Source: Tetramitus jugosus (taxonomy: Eukaryota > Protista > Heterolobosea). From it: a stretch of 64,000 nt of DNA. Where the stretch lies: assembly GCA_937625935.1 (NCBI GenBank), contig OW569357.1, positions 248,001 through 312,000 of the forward strand. Direction: 5' to 3'. This document shows, piece after piece, positions 11,892-24,608 of this stretch (position 1 is the first letter of the stretch; the number at the start of each line of letters is the position of its first letter). The notes under the pieces are model-generated. The model did no database searches. It was given only the letters and a program-made list of their open reading frames with translations, and was not told where the DNA came from. Position numbers and translations under genes: made by a program.

Positions 11892-12491
11892 ATGGGAAAT
11901 AAATCGTCGATTAGCAGTGAAGAGCTCAGAGAGTATCAATCCAAACAAGCCACTCTATCCAAGAAGGAAATTTCAAAATATCACACATTTTGGCACAAAC
12001 TATATCCTGAGGGAGTCATGACCATGGACAACTTTATGCTGTTTGCAGAGATTGCAATGCCTTCGTTGACCTCGCCCGAAACCAAGAGTAATCCTGCTTT
12101 TGAACGCAGTGGAATTACTGAACAATTATTTCGTGCACTGGACTTTGATGGAGATGGACGTGTGACCTTTGGTGAATTCTTGCTGTTTCAATCGATTACG
12201 GCTCCCTTGGACAGTTTTAATGTCAATATAGCGGACCTTGTTGGGTGTGCATTTGACTTGTATGACCGAGAGAAGAGAGGAAAAATTGACAGAACGGATT
12301 TAGAGAGAGCTTTTGAAGGAGTGTTCGCTGTCAAGGGTGTAGATGCTTCGAGTGACAAGGGTCGGGCAATCATCTCGTCAAAGATTGACAAATTGATGAA
12401 GATGGCTGACTCGGATGGTGATGGATTTCTGACAAAGGCAGATATAGTAGATGTATCTGCCAGAGACTCCTCCCTGTTTGTTCTTTTCTAA
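11892..12491 (+). CDS. N-myristoylated EF-hand protein, recoverin/NCS-1/calcineurin-B-like
   Basis: MGNKSS myristoylation motif. EF loops DFDGDGRVTFGE, DREKRGKIDRTD and DSDGDGFLTKAD. Confidence 0.88.
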   Translation: MGNKSSISSEELREYQSKQATLSKKEISKYHTFWHKLYPEGVMTMDNFMLFAEIAMPSLTSPETKSNPAFERSGITEQLFRALDFDGDGRVTFGEFLLFQSITAPLDSFNVNIADLVGCAFDLYDREKRGKIDRTDLERAFEGVFAVKGVDASSDKGRAIISSKIDKLMKMADSDGDGFLTKADIVDVSARDSSLFVLF

Positions 12492-12575
12492 GCATGTAAA
12501 TATATAACTGCCAAACATTTTACTGTAAATTCGATTTTTATCATCTGACATTCACTCAAACTTCAAAAATCAGTG

Positions 12576-13784
12576 ATGAGCGAACAGCAAACCATCGAAC
12601 AGCTCAGTAATCTGTTGGATCATCTTGATTCATTGTTGAAGCAGTTGAATCACGCGGACCAAGTGTTCTTTAAAGTAAATGAGAGCTCGAAGCGGTCTCT
12701 TCGAACCTATTTCTCTTTACTTGAGAAAGATAACTTGAAACAAGAGGAAAAAGTTCGGTCTAGAGTGGATTTAGAACATGAACAATCAAACAACAGAAAA
12801 ACTAGCAAAGTGTCTCGGACTAGAACTGAATCTGAAGTCAGACAATTCGAAAGGAAGTCAGAGAAATCGAAATCTGAAGCAAAATTGGATAAAATATTGG
12901 GGTTAGCTCGTTCCATACGAAGTAGAGATGCACCAGCAAAGGAGAACGATGAGAAACTATTACCAGACAAAAACTATTGGTGCCAAGAGGAGAAACATAA
13001 ACCAATCCAACAAATCTCAAGGATTGAAGAGATTACACCATATGTAGAAAGAATTCAAGAAACTATAACAAAGATGAAATCTGCGAAGAAGAAAAGAGAG
13101 AATTCTATTTCGAGGTATCTTCACAATGCAGAGAACTTGCATAACAGTTTGGTCATTCGAACCTGTGTATCGACGCAAAATGCAGCTGCTAATTTTGGAA
13201 AAGTGTTTCTAAGTATGATGCTTTACGCTCTACATGATTACATGAACTCTTTAGCTGATTTACTTGATGAAGTAGTTAGTGATTCGAGCTGGTGTAACAA
13301 TGCTGAGAGTTGTTCGACCTTCTATGAGATATACAGCTCTTTCGACCGGAATGTAACTACCAATTTGATGGAAGTTGACTTGAATAAGAAAGCACGAGAT
13401 TATGAAAGGCTACTTCTTTCTTTGGTGAACACAGAAGAAGATCAGCTAGGTGACAATGATAGAGTGTGTGCATACCTTGGAGAGTGGGGGATAGATCAGA
13501 TCAATCAAGATGTTGGTTTAAGTGATGGAAAGTATGGAACTAAAGTGCATTACAACAAAGAAAGGGAGCTCACTCAATTTCATGCATCGCAATCTGAAGT
13601 TCAGACCTTGCTTCTCCAAGAGCACATCGAAGATATGATATCCCAAATCTTGGCACTGTTCCAGAACGGCCAATTCAGTGACAACGACAAGAAGAGAATC
13701 TATCGAGTATTATGCTCTTGTTTATTGAACGGGGGAAGATCCTTCTGCTCTTTCCTTCCACACTCTCCAGTTGATGATGCATGA
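12576..13784 (+). CDS. Probable TEDC2 (tubulin epsilon/delta complex protein 2)-like protein
   Basis: KLDKILGLARSIR, VHYNKERELTQFHASQSEVQTLLLQEHIED and the terminal IYRVLCSCLLNGGRSF resemble the conserved TEDC2 blocks as I recall them. Confidence 0.6.
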   Translation: MSEQQTIEQLSNLLDHLDSLLKQLNHADQVFFKVNESSKRSLRTYFSLLEKDNLKQEEKVRSRVDLEHEQSNNRKTSKVSRTRTESEVRQFERKSEKSKSEAKLDKILGLARSIRSRDAPAKENDEKLLPDKNYWCQEEKHKPIQQISRIEEITPYVERIQETITKMKSAKKKRENSISRYLHNAENLHNSLVIRTCVSTQNAAANFGKVFLSMMLYALHDYMNSLADLLDEVVSDSSWCNNAESCSTFYEIYSSFDRNVTTNLMEVDLNKKARDYERLLLSLVNTEEDQLGDNDRVCAYLGEWGIDQINQDVGLSDGKYGTKVHYNKERELTQFHASQSEVQTLLLQEHIEDMISQILALFQNGQFSDNDKKRIYRVLCSCLLNGGRSFCSFLPHSPVDDA

Positions 13785-14276
13785 CACTCAAGCCGCCACT
13801 ACGCATTTGGAACTATTATTCCGTAAAAGTCCTGTATGACCTTGGAGCGACACTCACGTCAATCAACAAAGCCTTAACTCCAACTCAACAAACATTGATT
13901 CTCAACAACATCCACACAGTTTGACTCTTAACGTGCTCCACAACGCATAAAAACAAGAGTCATATATCCTCAAAAAAGAAAGCTCTCCATTGAGTCCATC
14001 AGAAAAAAAAGCAAGTTCTGTGATCCACCACACCGACCGGGTCCACTTGTCAAACGCATTCTCTCCCAAAAAAAAAAAGTACAATCATCATTTGTCAATC
14101 CTCACCTCACGTCCGTCATTGTGATTGATTCTCAAACCATTTTTCCAATTTCATTTATCCAAACCAACAACAACCCAGAAAACACACGACGCAACCAACA
14201 AGTCCTTCTCGAGAGCAAGCTTATTGAAAGACGACCACATACACACGCACATACACACGCATAGGACAGTATTACG

Positions 14277-17200
14277 ATGCGAAAAACGACGGACACTGTT
14301 AGCTCATCATCATCATCATCACCCAACAACAACTCTTCTTCTCACCTTCTCAACAACACAACGAATAATACGAACAACCACAATGACATAATTTCTACAT
14401 CTCCCTCTGCGACGTCACCACTGTCATCATCCGTATCCTCTACAACAACAACAACATCAACATCATCTACGGCAACATCATCACTCTCCTCAGTGTCATC
14501 ACCCAGTTTCACTCCTTCTTCACCCATCGTGACCTCGTCAACAAACCTTTCAAAGAGTGCTCTCTCATCACCTGCTTCCCCCAGTGGAAACCTCCTTCTT
14601 CCATCTTCTTCATTGTTGTTAATGGGACGAACAGGTGCATCCAACAATAGCAATCATCATCCCTCGGATCTCTATCATCGCTTACACAATTCTCCTCTCA
14701 CACCAAGACTCAATCATTCATCATCAACAGCATCAAATACATTGACAACAGCGACAACAACAACAACAACAGCAACAGCCACAACAGTTCTCAATTCACC
14801 AGCTTCCATTGTTGATCTCTCTTCGCCATCATCGTCAAAAGCACCGTCGCCACAACAACAGCATCATCATAGGCGTCATTCATCGGACAAGATTGGTTCC
14901 TTTCTCGAATATGTCAACACTGCACAGTACATTCTTCTCTTGTTTTTCCAACAGTTTAAAGAACAGGCTAATATTGTGTTGGACAATTTTGCATCCGATA
15001 CAAAGTTGACCGATGTGACTCAAATTATTGATTCGAGTGTGTTTGGACAGGCATCTGCATCCTCCAAGAGTAATTCTCTTGGTGCGAATCGTTCACTCAG
15101 CTCCTCCTCATTCAACAGTAACATTATCAATGATTTGTTGTTGTTGGGCAGTAGTAATGATGGATTCGGAGTCAATTTTATGGATTCGCAGAGTGCTGGT
15201 GTCTCTGGCAGTAGTGGTAGCAGTATCGTCAGTGGAGTATCGGTCGGTGGTTCAAACAGCTCAAGCAGCGTAAGTAGTGTCGGTAGCGTCAGTGTAATGG
15301 GCTCAGGCAGCACTTCAGGCAGTTTAGGAGGTATGGGCAGCAGCGGAGTCGGTGGAGTCAGCTCCAGTAGCAGCAGCAGTAATCTATTGAGTGCGAGCAT
15401 TGATTGGGACAATATGATGACGCCGTTGGATATGGTCACGGGTACTGGCAGTGGTAGTAGTCTTACGGGTGGTGCCATGGGAGTGAACAGTGGTTCCTCC
15501 GGTTTGGAGACCACGGATTCAGATCAATCACAATACATGGATCAATTCTATCGGTGGAACAAGGAAAATGGCAGAGGGGGAAGAAGACCCGATGCAGACA
15601 ATAGAATTTTTGAACAATTGTTGGCTGCTTTTGCAACAGTATCGAAACACAGTTTAAATCCAACGATTGAGGCATTGTACGATTGGAGAGTGCACTTGAA
15701 TTGTAAGCCTGATAAACAGATGCGAGACAAGGTAGAGGAACAGTTTCGATTGGCCACTCGTAGATCTACTGTCAGACAAGAAGCCATGCTGAGTCAGTTT
15801 ACAGAGCGCAAGGAAGTTGCTGCCGACTACATTTTTTGTTTGGCATTGCTGCTTGTTCTCGGTTCATTCCATCAACCAGAACTCACACTGAAAAACTCTG
15901 AACAGTTGGAGAATATGTGTATCGACCGATTTAAGAAAGCACAAACGTATTTGGGAGGAAGCAATTTTTTGGTGGAGAGCAAGAAGAAGACCTTGGATTT
16001 CCTGTCAGAAATTATTGGTATTTTGTCCATTAAGCGATTTGTGCCCATTACTGACCGTTTCTATCAAGAGATTCGACAGAGAGTAGAGAACAATAATTTG
16101 AAGTATGAGGCCGCACATCTCATTCGTGGAATGAAGTATGTCAAAATTAAGCTCGGCAGAGCGGATCATGTCATGGAAACAGTGAATTTTATGAAGCGAA
16201 TATATGATTCATGTTTGATGAAAGGAAAGCGCTCTGAGATTAAGATTGCATGCTATGAGGCGGGCGCTAATATTTTGGCTCCATTGGCAGCATTTCAATA
16301 TAAATCGGGAACAGACTATAGGGAATGGTTTGAAGTTTTAAAGAACTTTTTAACGTACAGTACAAAATCTGCGCGTAAGAGCAAGTATTACTTGGTAAGT
16401 GTTTTTACTTGTTATTGAAATTTTAAAGTTTACGTGCGACTAACGTTTGTACCATGCAAGACTGCCTATCCTTTTATATCGACGATTTTATGCCTGAGTG
16501 TGCCATCCGTGTTCTTGAAGCATTTCCCACCTCACTTGGATCTGTTACTGAAATCGGTAAAGAGCGACAAACTGATGTCCTTGGACTCGATAATTCATGT
16601 ACTAGGTTATTATCTGCAGATCGAAAATGTTGAACCAGAGAAGCAGGTGCAGGAGCGATTACAAAAGATTACATACAACATTCTCCCTGGAAGAAGAACA
16701 ATTCCAACAGCTCAAAATGATCCTATTTATGAATCTATTGTAGATATTATTGTAATGATAGCGAGTAAGGAGTTAGACTTCGCAATGAAGCACATGGTCA
16801 TCGAGTGTTTAAAGTCAGATTTCATCTCAGAAAATGTTCTTGTTGGTTTGAAAGCATTCCTATCGATTGCAAATCAAGCTGACATTAAGAAATTCTCCGC
16901 ACTGCTCGATGATGACATGAATGATTATCCTCCATGGATAACAAAGCTGCTACAACGCACAGCCCATCATAATCTTAACGGCGAAGACGAAGTTGAGACA
17001 GCAACATCTGCAACAGTTAGAATTCATTCTCCCTTCTCTAGCTATCGCACAACATCAACATTCAACCGAGGAACTTCGTTCACCCTCTCTTCTGAACCTA
17101 TGCTCAGTCAAAGACTTATGTCAGAGATAGGAATAGAGCAATACGAAGAACAACTTTCCCAGTTATTGAGCTCAATTTTACACAACTGTGATACGAACTT

Positions 17201-20200
17201 TGGAAACTATTTAATTATTAACCAGACACGTCCCCTTCATGAACTTTTGTCGAAAGATAGATTTGGAGGACTACGGGTATTTGCCACTGCTTTTTCATGC
17301 ATTCCTCGGTTACTTCCAAATCAATATTCTCCAAAGCAATTGACCGATATGATATGTCGTTGCATCATACATCAACATAGAGAGTTGCGAGACGTTGCTT
17401 GGGATGTGATGTGTCAATTGATGGATAACCATCCATCTCTTCGTGCAATTTTGATTCACTCTTTTGCTGAAATGATTCAGCGTATTGGTGATTTCCGAAC
17501 AAAGCATCTCCTGTTCGCCATTACGAAATTCCTCGCTCTTCTGGTCAAGTGGATTGACAATTTGCATACAAACAAGACTGAAAGTCCGCAAAAACCGACT
17601 TTCTATGGCAAACTGAATAAGCCCTATCAACAAACTCCTTTCGAAGTAGGAATGGTTGAGTCTTTAGGTATTATTCTGCTTTGTAACTTAGATGCAAATA
17701 TCAGACTGTCTGCTCTCCAAATATTCATCCACACCAGAACAATTACCTCAAGACTCATGAGTAACGAGGGAAAACAGTTGGATGTCACAACTGTTGCTGA
17801 TTTGTTGGATGAAGTGGGATACAACATCGTGAAGAAAATATGGAGAAAGGATAAGTTTTGTCCTCCTACACTGGAACATTTTATCTCAGACCCAGAGAGC
17901 AAAGACGAAAAATCTGCTTATTACTATCTCTGCGATTTTCTCAGAGAGTTGGCGCACTATGTTTCTGAATTCTGTCTGCCCACAGCTAATATTTCCTTGA
18001 TTCAAATTTCAAAGCGAATCAAAAAGATTGATGGAAATTTGGATATAACCTACAGTAGACTTCCAGTATCGCAAGATACAAGACAATTAATCTGCTTGTG
18101 GAGAAACTTTATTAACTTCTGCTGTTCTGTCGCATGCAAACACATGTTCTATGAGAAAATCGATAGTAAGATAAGGCGTGACAGCCGAGAGATAGAATCT
18201 CCAGAAGGTCTATTCGATAGTGTCATAAAACATTTGCGATGCAACTGCGATATTCAACTTCAGGCTGCTGTCAACGCTCTTGGAGGGGTTAGACCTGACC
18301 TACTAGAGCTGCTATTAGAGCGTCTGAATCCACTGGAAACTGAGGTTGCCTTAGCAAAACAGAAGAAACAAACAAAGAGGAAAGATATCTTGCGCATCCA
18401 ATTGGCACGAGTGTATGCAAGAATGACATCGATTGTGAATGAATCAAAACTAAGCGAAAAGTCTCTTGCAATCGACAGATTTGTTGGATTCATTGATGAG
18501 AACTATAATTATCTGGTCACTCCAATCTGCATGTACAATATTGAATTGCTGTCCTTGAGGTATAACTTCTTTATTATCGTTGAGAATGTGGCTCGTAAAA
18601 TGCATTACGTGCAACCATTCTTCAACAAACTGGATATCAAGCTACGAGGATTACTCATGAGGTATAGTGTTCAATGGACTGGATATGGAGATGCAAACTC
18701 GAAGAGAGAAAATGAAGAAATGCTGAGCTTGAATTCTGCCACGGACAAGAGCAAAGACGCCGAGGAAAGAAAACACATTACTCAAATGTACAAAATGAAA
18801 ACTACAAACATCAAGAGTAGGGCATGTTACGCGGTTGCCTCCCTTCTTCTGGGAGAATTTTTTGAACCTCGTCTAGATAGACTCACAGACTGGAGCAGAC
18901 AAACACGTATGCATTACAAGTTGCATTATGAACACCCGAGTGAGGATGGTGACAGCGACAGCGAAGGCAAAAACTCTCAAAAGAACAAGACAGCTGGCAA
19001 GAACTCATCAATCCGTGCAAACTTCCCCGAACTTCGTATTAGCTTGTGGGATATCGGGAGACACAGGAGTGAAAACACTATTACTGTTGATCCAAATGAA
19101 AGTCAAGAGTCTCTTGCAATAATGGTACTAAAATGGATTGACGAAGTATTATCCTCAACTGATCGCTCATATCGTAGAATTGGTATTCAGGCCATTGAGA
19201 ATATGTTGTTGACCAATCCTGGCTTGTTGCCACTATGTATTGATCAGTGCTATAACTGTAATGCTCGTGTTTCATTTGGGTATCTCACAGCTATTGTCCA
19301 AGTGTTCCTGAAGACTGAACTTGATTGCTCTCTACCAATGCTTCTAGTTCTCGTTATGCATCAATCTATATCTGATTACACTTCAGCCCGAGATGACTCA
19401 TTGAAGTTGCTCCATATTATCAGTGATCGCTTCTTCGAGGAAGATGCAGAATCTGGTAACTATCCATTCATTGTATCTAGTGACCTGTTAGATCACTATA
19501 GAGATACTCAGACTTCATTAGCAGAGAAACTGGCAAAGGACCATTCGAAATATGCTCAAAATATTCTCGAAGAAGTGTATAGCAGATTAACTTTCTTGCC
19601 TGCTGAGAATCAACGATTGCTCCTTAAATGCTTAGAACCATGGATTGCTCATTTGAACCTGCCAGAAATGCCAAGTCGATCAGGAGCAAGTATCGATGTT
19701 ATGGCAGATAATATTCACCCTGCTACTGAAAAAACGTTGGATATTCTCTTTGATCTCACCTATACTTACGGTGGTGAATTCCCAAAGGAACTTGAGGCCC
19801 TATGGACTAAACTTGCCAAAGAGAAACCCAATGTTGCAAAGGTTGTGAACTATTTGGTGCAAAGAGGAACCTCATTCCCAGCATCAGACTTCCAAAAGAT
19901 GTTCTCGATTTCACAGAAGGTTAGTGTCTACTGTGCGAGCACTCTGTCTCAATATACAGTCAATTGTCTGGTAACATGGCTGAAGAAGATTCGAGACATA
20001 AGTCCAACTGGTCAACATGAAAGACAATTGTCTCCAAATATCGAAAACATGTCTAGCGATATGACACAAGCTCGCAATCGCACCAGAACTAACACAGAGT
20101 CACTGTCCCTAGTTAAATCAGATGTGGTTCTCATCTTGCTTGTCGAAATTGCCTATGAACACTCACAAGTATTTAAGAAGCATTTGCCATTGTTGCTTCA

Positions 20201-22214
20201 GTATCTGTTCATCCGCATGGACCACAAAACAAGCATCGTTTCTAATAGTGCTAAGCTGCTCCTTGTTCATTTGGTGCATAGTTTTGTCGTACGAAACATG
20301 AAGCACAACTCAACAGATAACAGAGAACAAGAACATTTAATGGCCGCTAACAAGCTCATTCAACATGTATTAGACCATCATAATGAGTCCTCGCTTTGGG
20401 TTCGAGACAAAATCTCCATCGATAGTGCCAGTTTGAACTCGATAGCCCTGTCTGGTTCAATATCATTCTTCAATGATAAGACCACCTCTGATATCGGTGA
20501 CAACAAAACACACAATGGTAGAGTGAGCAAGAATGTTGAACAACTATCCTATTTGGTTGAAATTGTCGAGGATGTATTTAGGAATGAAGAGAATATCAAG
20601 GAGAGATGGGGACATGAGGCTCTAAGATGGGCCACACGCAGTAGTTCTTTGCACAATGTTGTCCGATCCTATCAGATATTTAGAACATTGAAACCTGAGC
20701 TGCGCCAGAAAGACTTTGTCAATATGTTACATGATGTCAGTAGATATTTGGAGGAAACATTGGAAGAGAATGTATCTGAAGAGGATCCTAACTCAACTGT
20801 CAGCAAAGAAACAATCAAGACAGCCGTAACTATTGAAATAATTGACACGTTCCGAATTCTTGTGAGACACATGAATGATCAACGTTTGATATTATTCCCA
20901 CAAATGTTCTGGCTCTGCGCAGCACTGCTTCAAAGTGATATTATCTATGTATACATACACTCCATGAAGCTACTAACAGAAATATTGGACCATTTGGATT
21001 TTACCAATGATTGCGTATTGAGCGTATTGACCACAAGCAAACCGAAGGATATCGGCTCATACTTCGTTGGATTACAACCACTAGTGCTCAAGGGACTTAC
21101 AAACAGTTACTCTGAGCCATTTGCCTTAGATCTCATTGCTAAATTTACAAAACTACCATGTGATGTCTTGTTTGATCCATCGGATGCTCGATTGGTGATG
21201 AATATTATGAGTTTGCTTCCGCTGTTGTGTCTCAGTATTCGCGAAGAAGATCAAAAATACAAGTGCATAAGAATTGCAGAAAATTTAGCAGAGGTTTGTG
21301 AACAGAAGAAGCTAAAGAAAGTTGCCAAGGTACTCCTTCGATTCTCAAAGGGATATTATAACTCGCAAGACAAATTCCTGCTCGACTTGAGAAAGCCCAT
21401 AAGTGAGGCCTTCTTCCCGCAGCATGAAGAAGCAGTTTTCTACTTCCTGATCGAACTTCTTCAATTTGGCCCTGCTCACTACCATAATCCAGTCCTTGCT
21501 ATTCTGCACTCTCTACTTTTGTATGTTGACGTTGTTAACTCAACACTGGGTAACAGAGAACGCTTGATCACAACTACTGCAAGCATGTTGAAGGGACCAC
21601 TATGGCGCGAGGCGACACGTGTTCTCGATGTTGCTGTCCGAAGTGGTTGCAAGGGCATGCAAGAGCAAATTCAGCTCATCTACAGCTCTATACCGAGTTC
21701 TATATCCAAGATTCCTGATTCTTCCAAATTTAAGAAATTCTCCAGTATTGCTGGGGAGGGCACCAGAACATGCATCTCACTGATCCGTCAGATACTCCAG
21801 CAATTGAATGAAAGGCCAGCGAACTCATCAGATAACGATTTAACAAAGAAGAAGATGAGAAGACAGTCACTCCTGATGGAACTCTTTGATAACATTAACA
21901 TTGCAGGAGAAGAACCAAGTATCCAAAAAGAAAATGAATCATGGCTCGCTTACCCTGGTGATTTTGAGAACAACTTTGACATCTCCACGCTCACCAATGC
22001 CGATCTTTCTGATGATACAACGACAGAGTCAAGTGAGTTTACGGATCAGGACATGACTGAAGTAACAGACACTGATCTCATGACAACAGCTACTAGTCGA
22101 TACAGACTCACAATGGAGGACAATGAAGAAGATGTCTCCATTAGATTATTCGAAGAAAAATTGGCTAACCAACTCAAGTTGTTCAAACCAACAACACCTT
22201 ACTCTTTCCAATAA
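14277..22214 (+). CDS. FRY: Furry/Tao3/MOR2-PAG1 cell morphogenesis scaffold (exons 14277-16394, 16461-22214)
   Basis: IEALYDWR and ERKEVAADYIFCL (MOR2 N-terminus), WGHEALRWAT..RSYQIFRTL, FPQMFWLCAALLQSD, FVGLQPLVLKGL, LWREATRVL. Intron 16395-16460 (GTAAGT, branch GACTAAC, AAG) joins the two ORFs in frame. Confidence 0.92.
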
Positions 22215-22335
22215 ATTTTCTGCCATGGCTTCTAAAAAATGAGCGCCAAACTCGAGCGTTGGAGCAGTTACAAATCACGACCGAATTGATTCATAACGAA
22301 TTTCCCTCGAGTATTGTCGGAAGAGAACCGTAGCA

Positions 22336-23325
22336 ATGATGAATGAGAGTGATGACGGAACCAACAATATGTCGACGATATACATTAACAATTCCTCTTC
22401 GATCTGTACTCAACTCTCCTCTTTGGTTGATGTAACCTCTCAACAACCATCGTGCGATGATCCAGCCTTGATTGTCACCAACAATTATCTAAAGGAGCGA
22501 GTGTACTGGAATATATTGACAATATTGAACCCTGGTCCATCTAAAATACCGAACTTAACTGCCGAACTACCAGATTTTGTGTTTAATCCAAACAGCCGAC
22601 AACACCTCTTGAACCAAGCAAATGATTTACTAAAACAAAGGACTTTGAATGTTAGACCTCGTTCTCCATCGGTTGGTCGTCCATTGAGTAGAGCCCTCTC
22701 GCCAGAGAGACGACCGAGAACACCTCTAAAGGAACCGACTCCCAAGTTGTCGATCATGTCTCGCATCAGAAGAGAAGAACAACATAAAACCCGGATGAAA
22801 ATGTCAATAGAGGAACAGATTGAGAAAGATATATTGAATGAAGTGAGAAAGTTGAAGCTAGAAGACGAGAAGATCAAACGGAACGAGCTTCTTGGAGAAA
22901 GAGCAGTCACTCCGAAACAACTCATCAATATCTCACGACCTGAAAGCTCTCAAAGCACGAGAAGCAGGGGGACAACATCTAGACAAGGCAGCAGACCATC
23001 GACAGCTTGCCACAAACTGCAAGCCCCAGGCTCAGATTTTGTGTTTTCAAACCCCAATAATGTATATGTGCCATCAGAATATGACTATATCTTGTTTGAC
23101 GACTTGGACGACAACCCAGTCTCGACATTAAACAAGGTCAGGCACGATTCAGTCAAAAAGTACCAACAGAAAACTCGACCTAAGAAGAAAAGCAGAAGTG
23201 AAAGCAAAGATAACACCAAAAAAGTGTTGCTAAATCAATTTGAGTTGACCAGCGCTCTCAGTAGTCAACTTTCCGAGCTAAACAAAAAGAAAGTAAAGAG
23301 GAAGTCTTTTGCTTACGCCTTTTGA
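22336..23325 (+). CDS. Uncharacterised basic Ser/Pro/Arg-rich protein
   Basis: 329-aa ATG ORF with no recognised domain. Confidence 0.65.
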   Translation: MMNESDDGTNNMSTIYINNSSSICTQLSSLVDVTSQQPSCDDPALIVTNNYLKERVYWNILTILNPGPSKIPNLTAELPDFVFNPNSRQHLLNQANDLLKQRTLNVRPRSPSVGRPLSRALSPERRPRTPLKEPTPKLSIMSRIRREEQHKTRMKMSIEEQIEKDILNEVRKLKLEDEKIKRNELLGERAVTPKQLINISRPESSQSTRSRGTTSRQGSRPSTACHKLQAPGSDFVFSNPNNVYVPSEYDYILFDDLDDNPVSTLNKVRHDSVKKYQQKTRPKKKSRSESKDNTKKVLLNQFELTSALSSQLSELNKKKVKRKSFAYAF

Positions 23326-23353
23326 AGATTAAAAAAAAGATCTCATTTTTACA

Positions 23354-23480
23354 ATGTCGCAACGTTTTGTTGCACATTCTCTATTGAATTTACTAGATCA
23401 ATAGAGAATGTGACGTATTGCTCAAGATCAATATGACATCGTGTTTTCTTAGAGCATGCAATTAGTTTGAATGCGTGCTT
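23354..23480 (+). ncRNA. Candidate structured RNA (four-way junction plus 3' hairpin)
   Basis: Five helices identified by hand, including a 14-15 bp perfect inverted repeat. G-U pairs favour the + strand. Confidence 0.4.
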
Positions 23481-23567
23481 ATCGGCCACATGTCTTTGTT
23501 TGATCTTGTTTTTTTTCATCCTTCAACGAAAAATTTGAAGTCAACCAAGAATACAACCATCGGATTG

Positions 23568-24353
23568 TCATGTGAGACTGCAAGGTACGTTCTCCGATTG
23601 AAGAACCCAGTTGCAGAACAAGTTAAACATCTCAATCTTCCCTTGTGGTACTTGCTCCTGTTGTGAAGCTTCTGTCGTTATGTTCTCTTCATATTCTTGG
23701 GAAGAAGCTTGGTTGCTCTCTTTCTCTTCAATGATTTCTTCTTCGTTTTTATCTTCTGGTTCTTCATAGTGAACTGATGGTATATTTCTCTTGGGTCGAC
23801 TCACCCCCGTGTAGTCATTGTCAACTGGTGGGTAAAGTATATCTGTAATGTTCAGTGATGCTTGAGACCATGCACCTTCTCTGTAATCTATCGTTGGTTT
23901 TTTCTTTGATAGATTTGTTTGATCCTCATCTTCATTCTGTGTAACTTCCAATAACTTTCTCTTGCATGATTTTCTTCTTCTGTCTTCATCAGAGAACTTG
24001 CCAGTCTTATTCTTCTTGAAGTACCTCAGATCTTTCCGGTAGTGACCTTCACACACTCTTCCAGAGTGATCGCCATCCTTCAACTCATAGCACTCTCTCA
24101 GACTACTCACTAACCGAGTTCCCTTCCTGATGCATGCCTTGATGCAGCACTGGAGTTTTACATTGCTTGTGGCGGTTGATCCCTTCCTTATCTTTGTTTC
24201 TTGGACCAGTGGTGATGGTTCTTGTTCATTTACCAGAGAAAGATCTCCTCTTGCTGGGTTGTTATGAGAGAATTGCAGATCAACTTGCTCCATCATTTTT
24301 GGCTTGGGTATTGTGTTGTTAAATTGTTCAATGTTTAGTCTCTTTTTCAACAT
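23568..24353 (-). CDS. Uncharacterised probable nuclear protein with a short C2CH (THAP-like) zinc motif
   Basis: CCIKAC-x26-CEGHY followed by basic NLS-like runs and an acidic tail. The start codon is uncertain. Confidence 0.65.
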   Translation of the reverse strand: MLKKRLNIEQFNNTIPKPKMMEQVDLQFSHNNPARGDLSLVNEQEPSPLVQETKIRKGSTATSNVKLQCCIKACIRKGTRLVSSLRECYELKDGDHSGRVCEGHYRKDLRYFKKNKTGKFSDEDRRRKSCKRKLLEVTQNEDEDQTNLSKKKPTIDYREGAWSQASLNITDILYPPVDNDYTGVSRPKRNIPSVHYEEPEDKNEEEIIEEKESNQASSQEYEENITTEASQQEQVPQGKIEMFNLFCNWVLQSENVPCSLT

Positions 24354-24608
24354 GTCTTGTTTGTTCAAATAGATTGCCTATGGTTTATGTGTGCACCCGT
24401 TTGTGACAAAAGTTCCTTTTTATTGTCCTCAAAGAAATGCAGGTTGGGACGAAACTTATAGGAAGCGTGATACTTTATCCTTTCTAAAAATAACACGGAC
24501 CATTATCCAATGTTCGCGAACTTTTACAAAATATTGGAAAAATACAACAGGAAAAAGTTCGACAAAAATTGTTCCTGATGCGAATTTTCTGCAAGTCTCG
24601 TCGCCACT

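Noticed and set aside
14277-15530. Ser/Thr/Gly, polyQ and polyN tracts in Furry, RGS, MYB and others
   Set aside because: Ordinary coding low-complexity microsatellites, not a repeat array or CRISPR.
16395-16460. Apparent frameshifts or split genes (XPO5, Furry, helicase, RPL31, AMPK, ATM)
   Set aside because: All are resolved by frame-preserving GT-AG introns, so no recoding or pseudogene needs to be invoked.
22239-22289. 16-codon uORF MSAKLERWSSYKSRPN upstream of ORF 22336
   Set aside because: It cannot be joined to the main ORF by an evident intron or frameshift, and chance occurrence is plausible.
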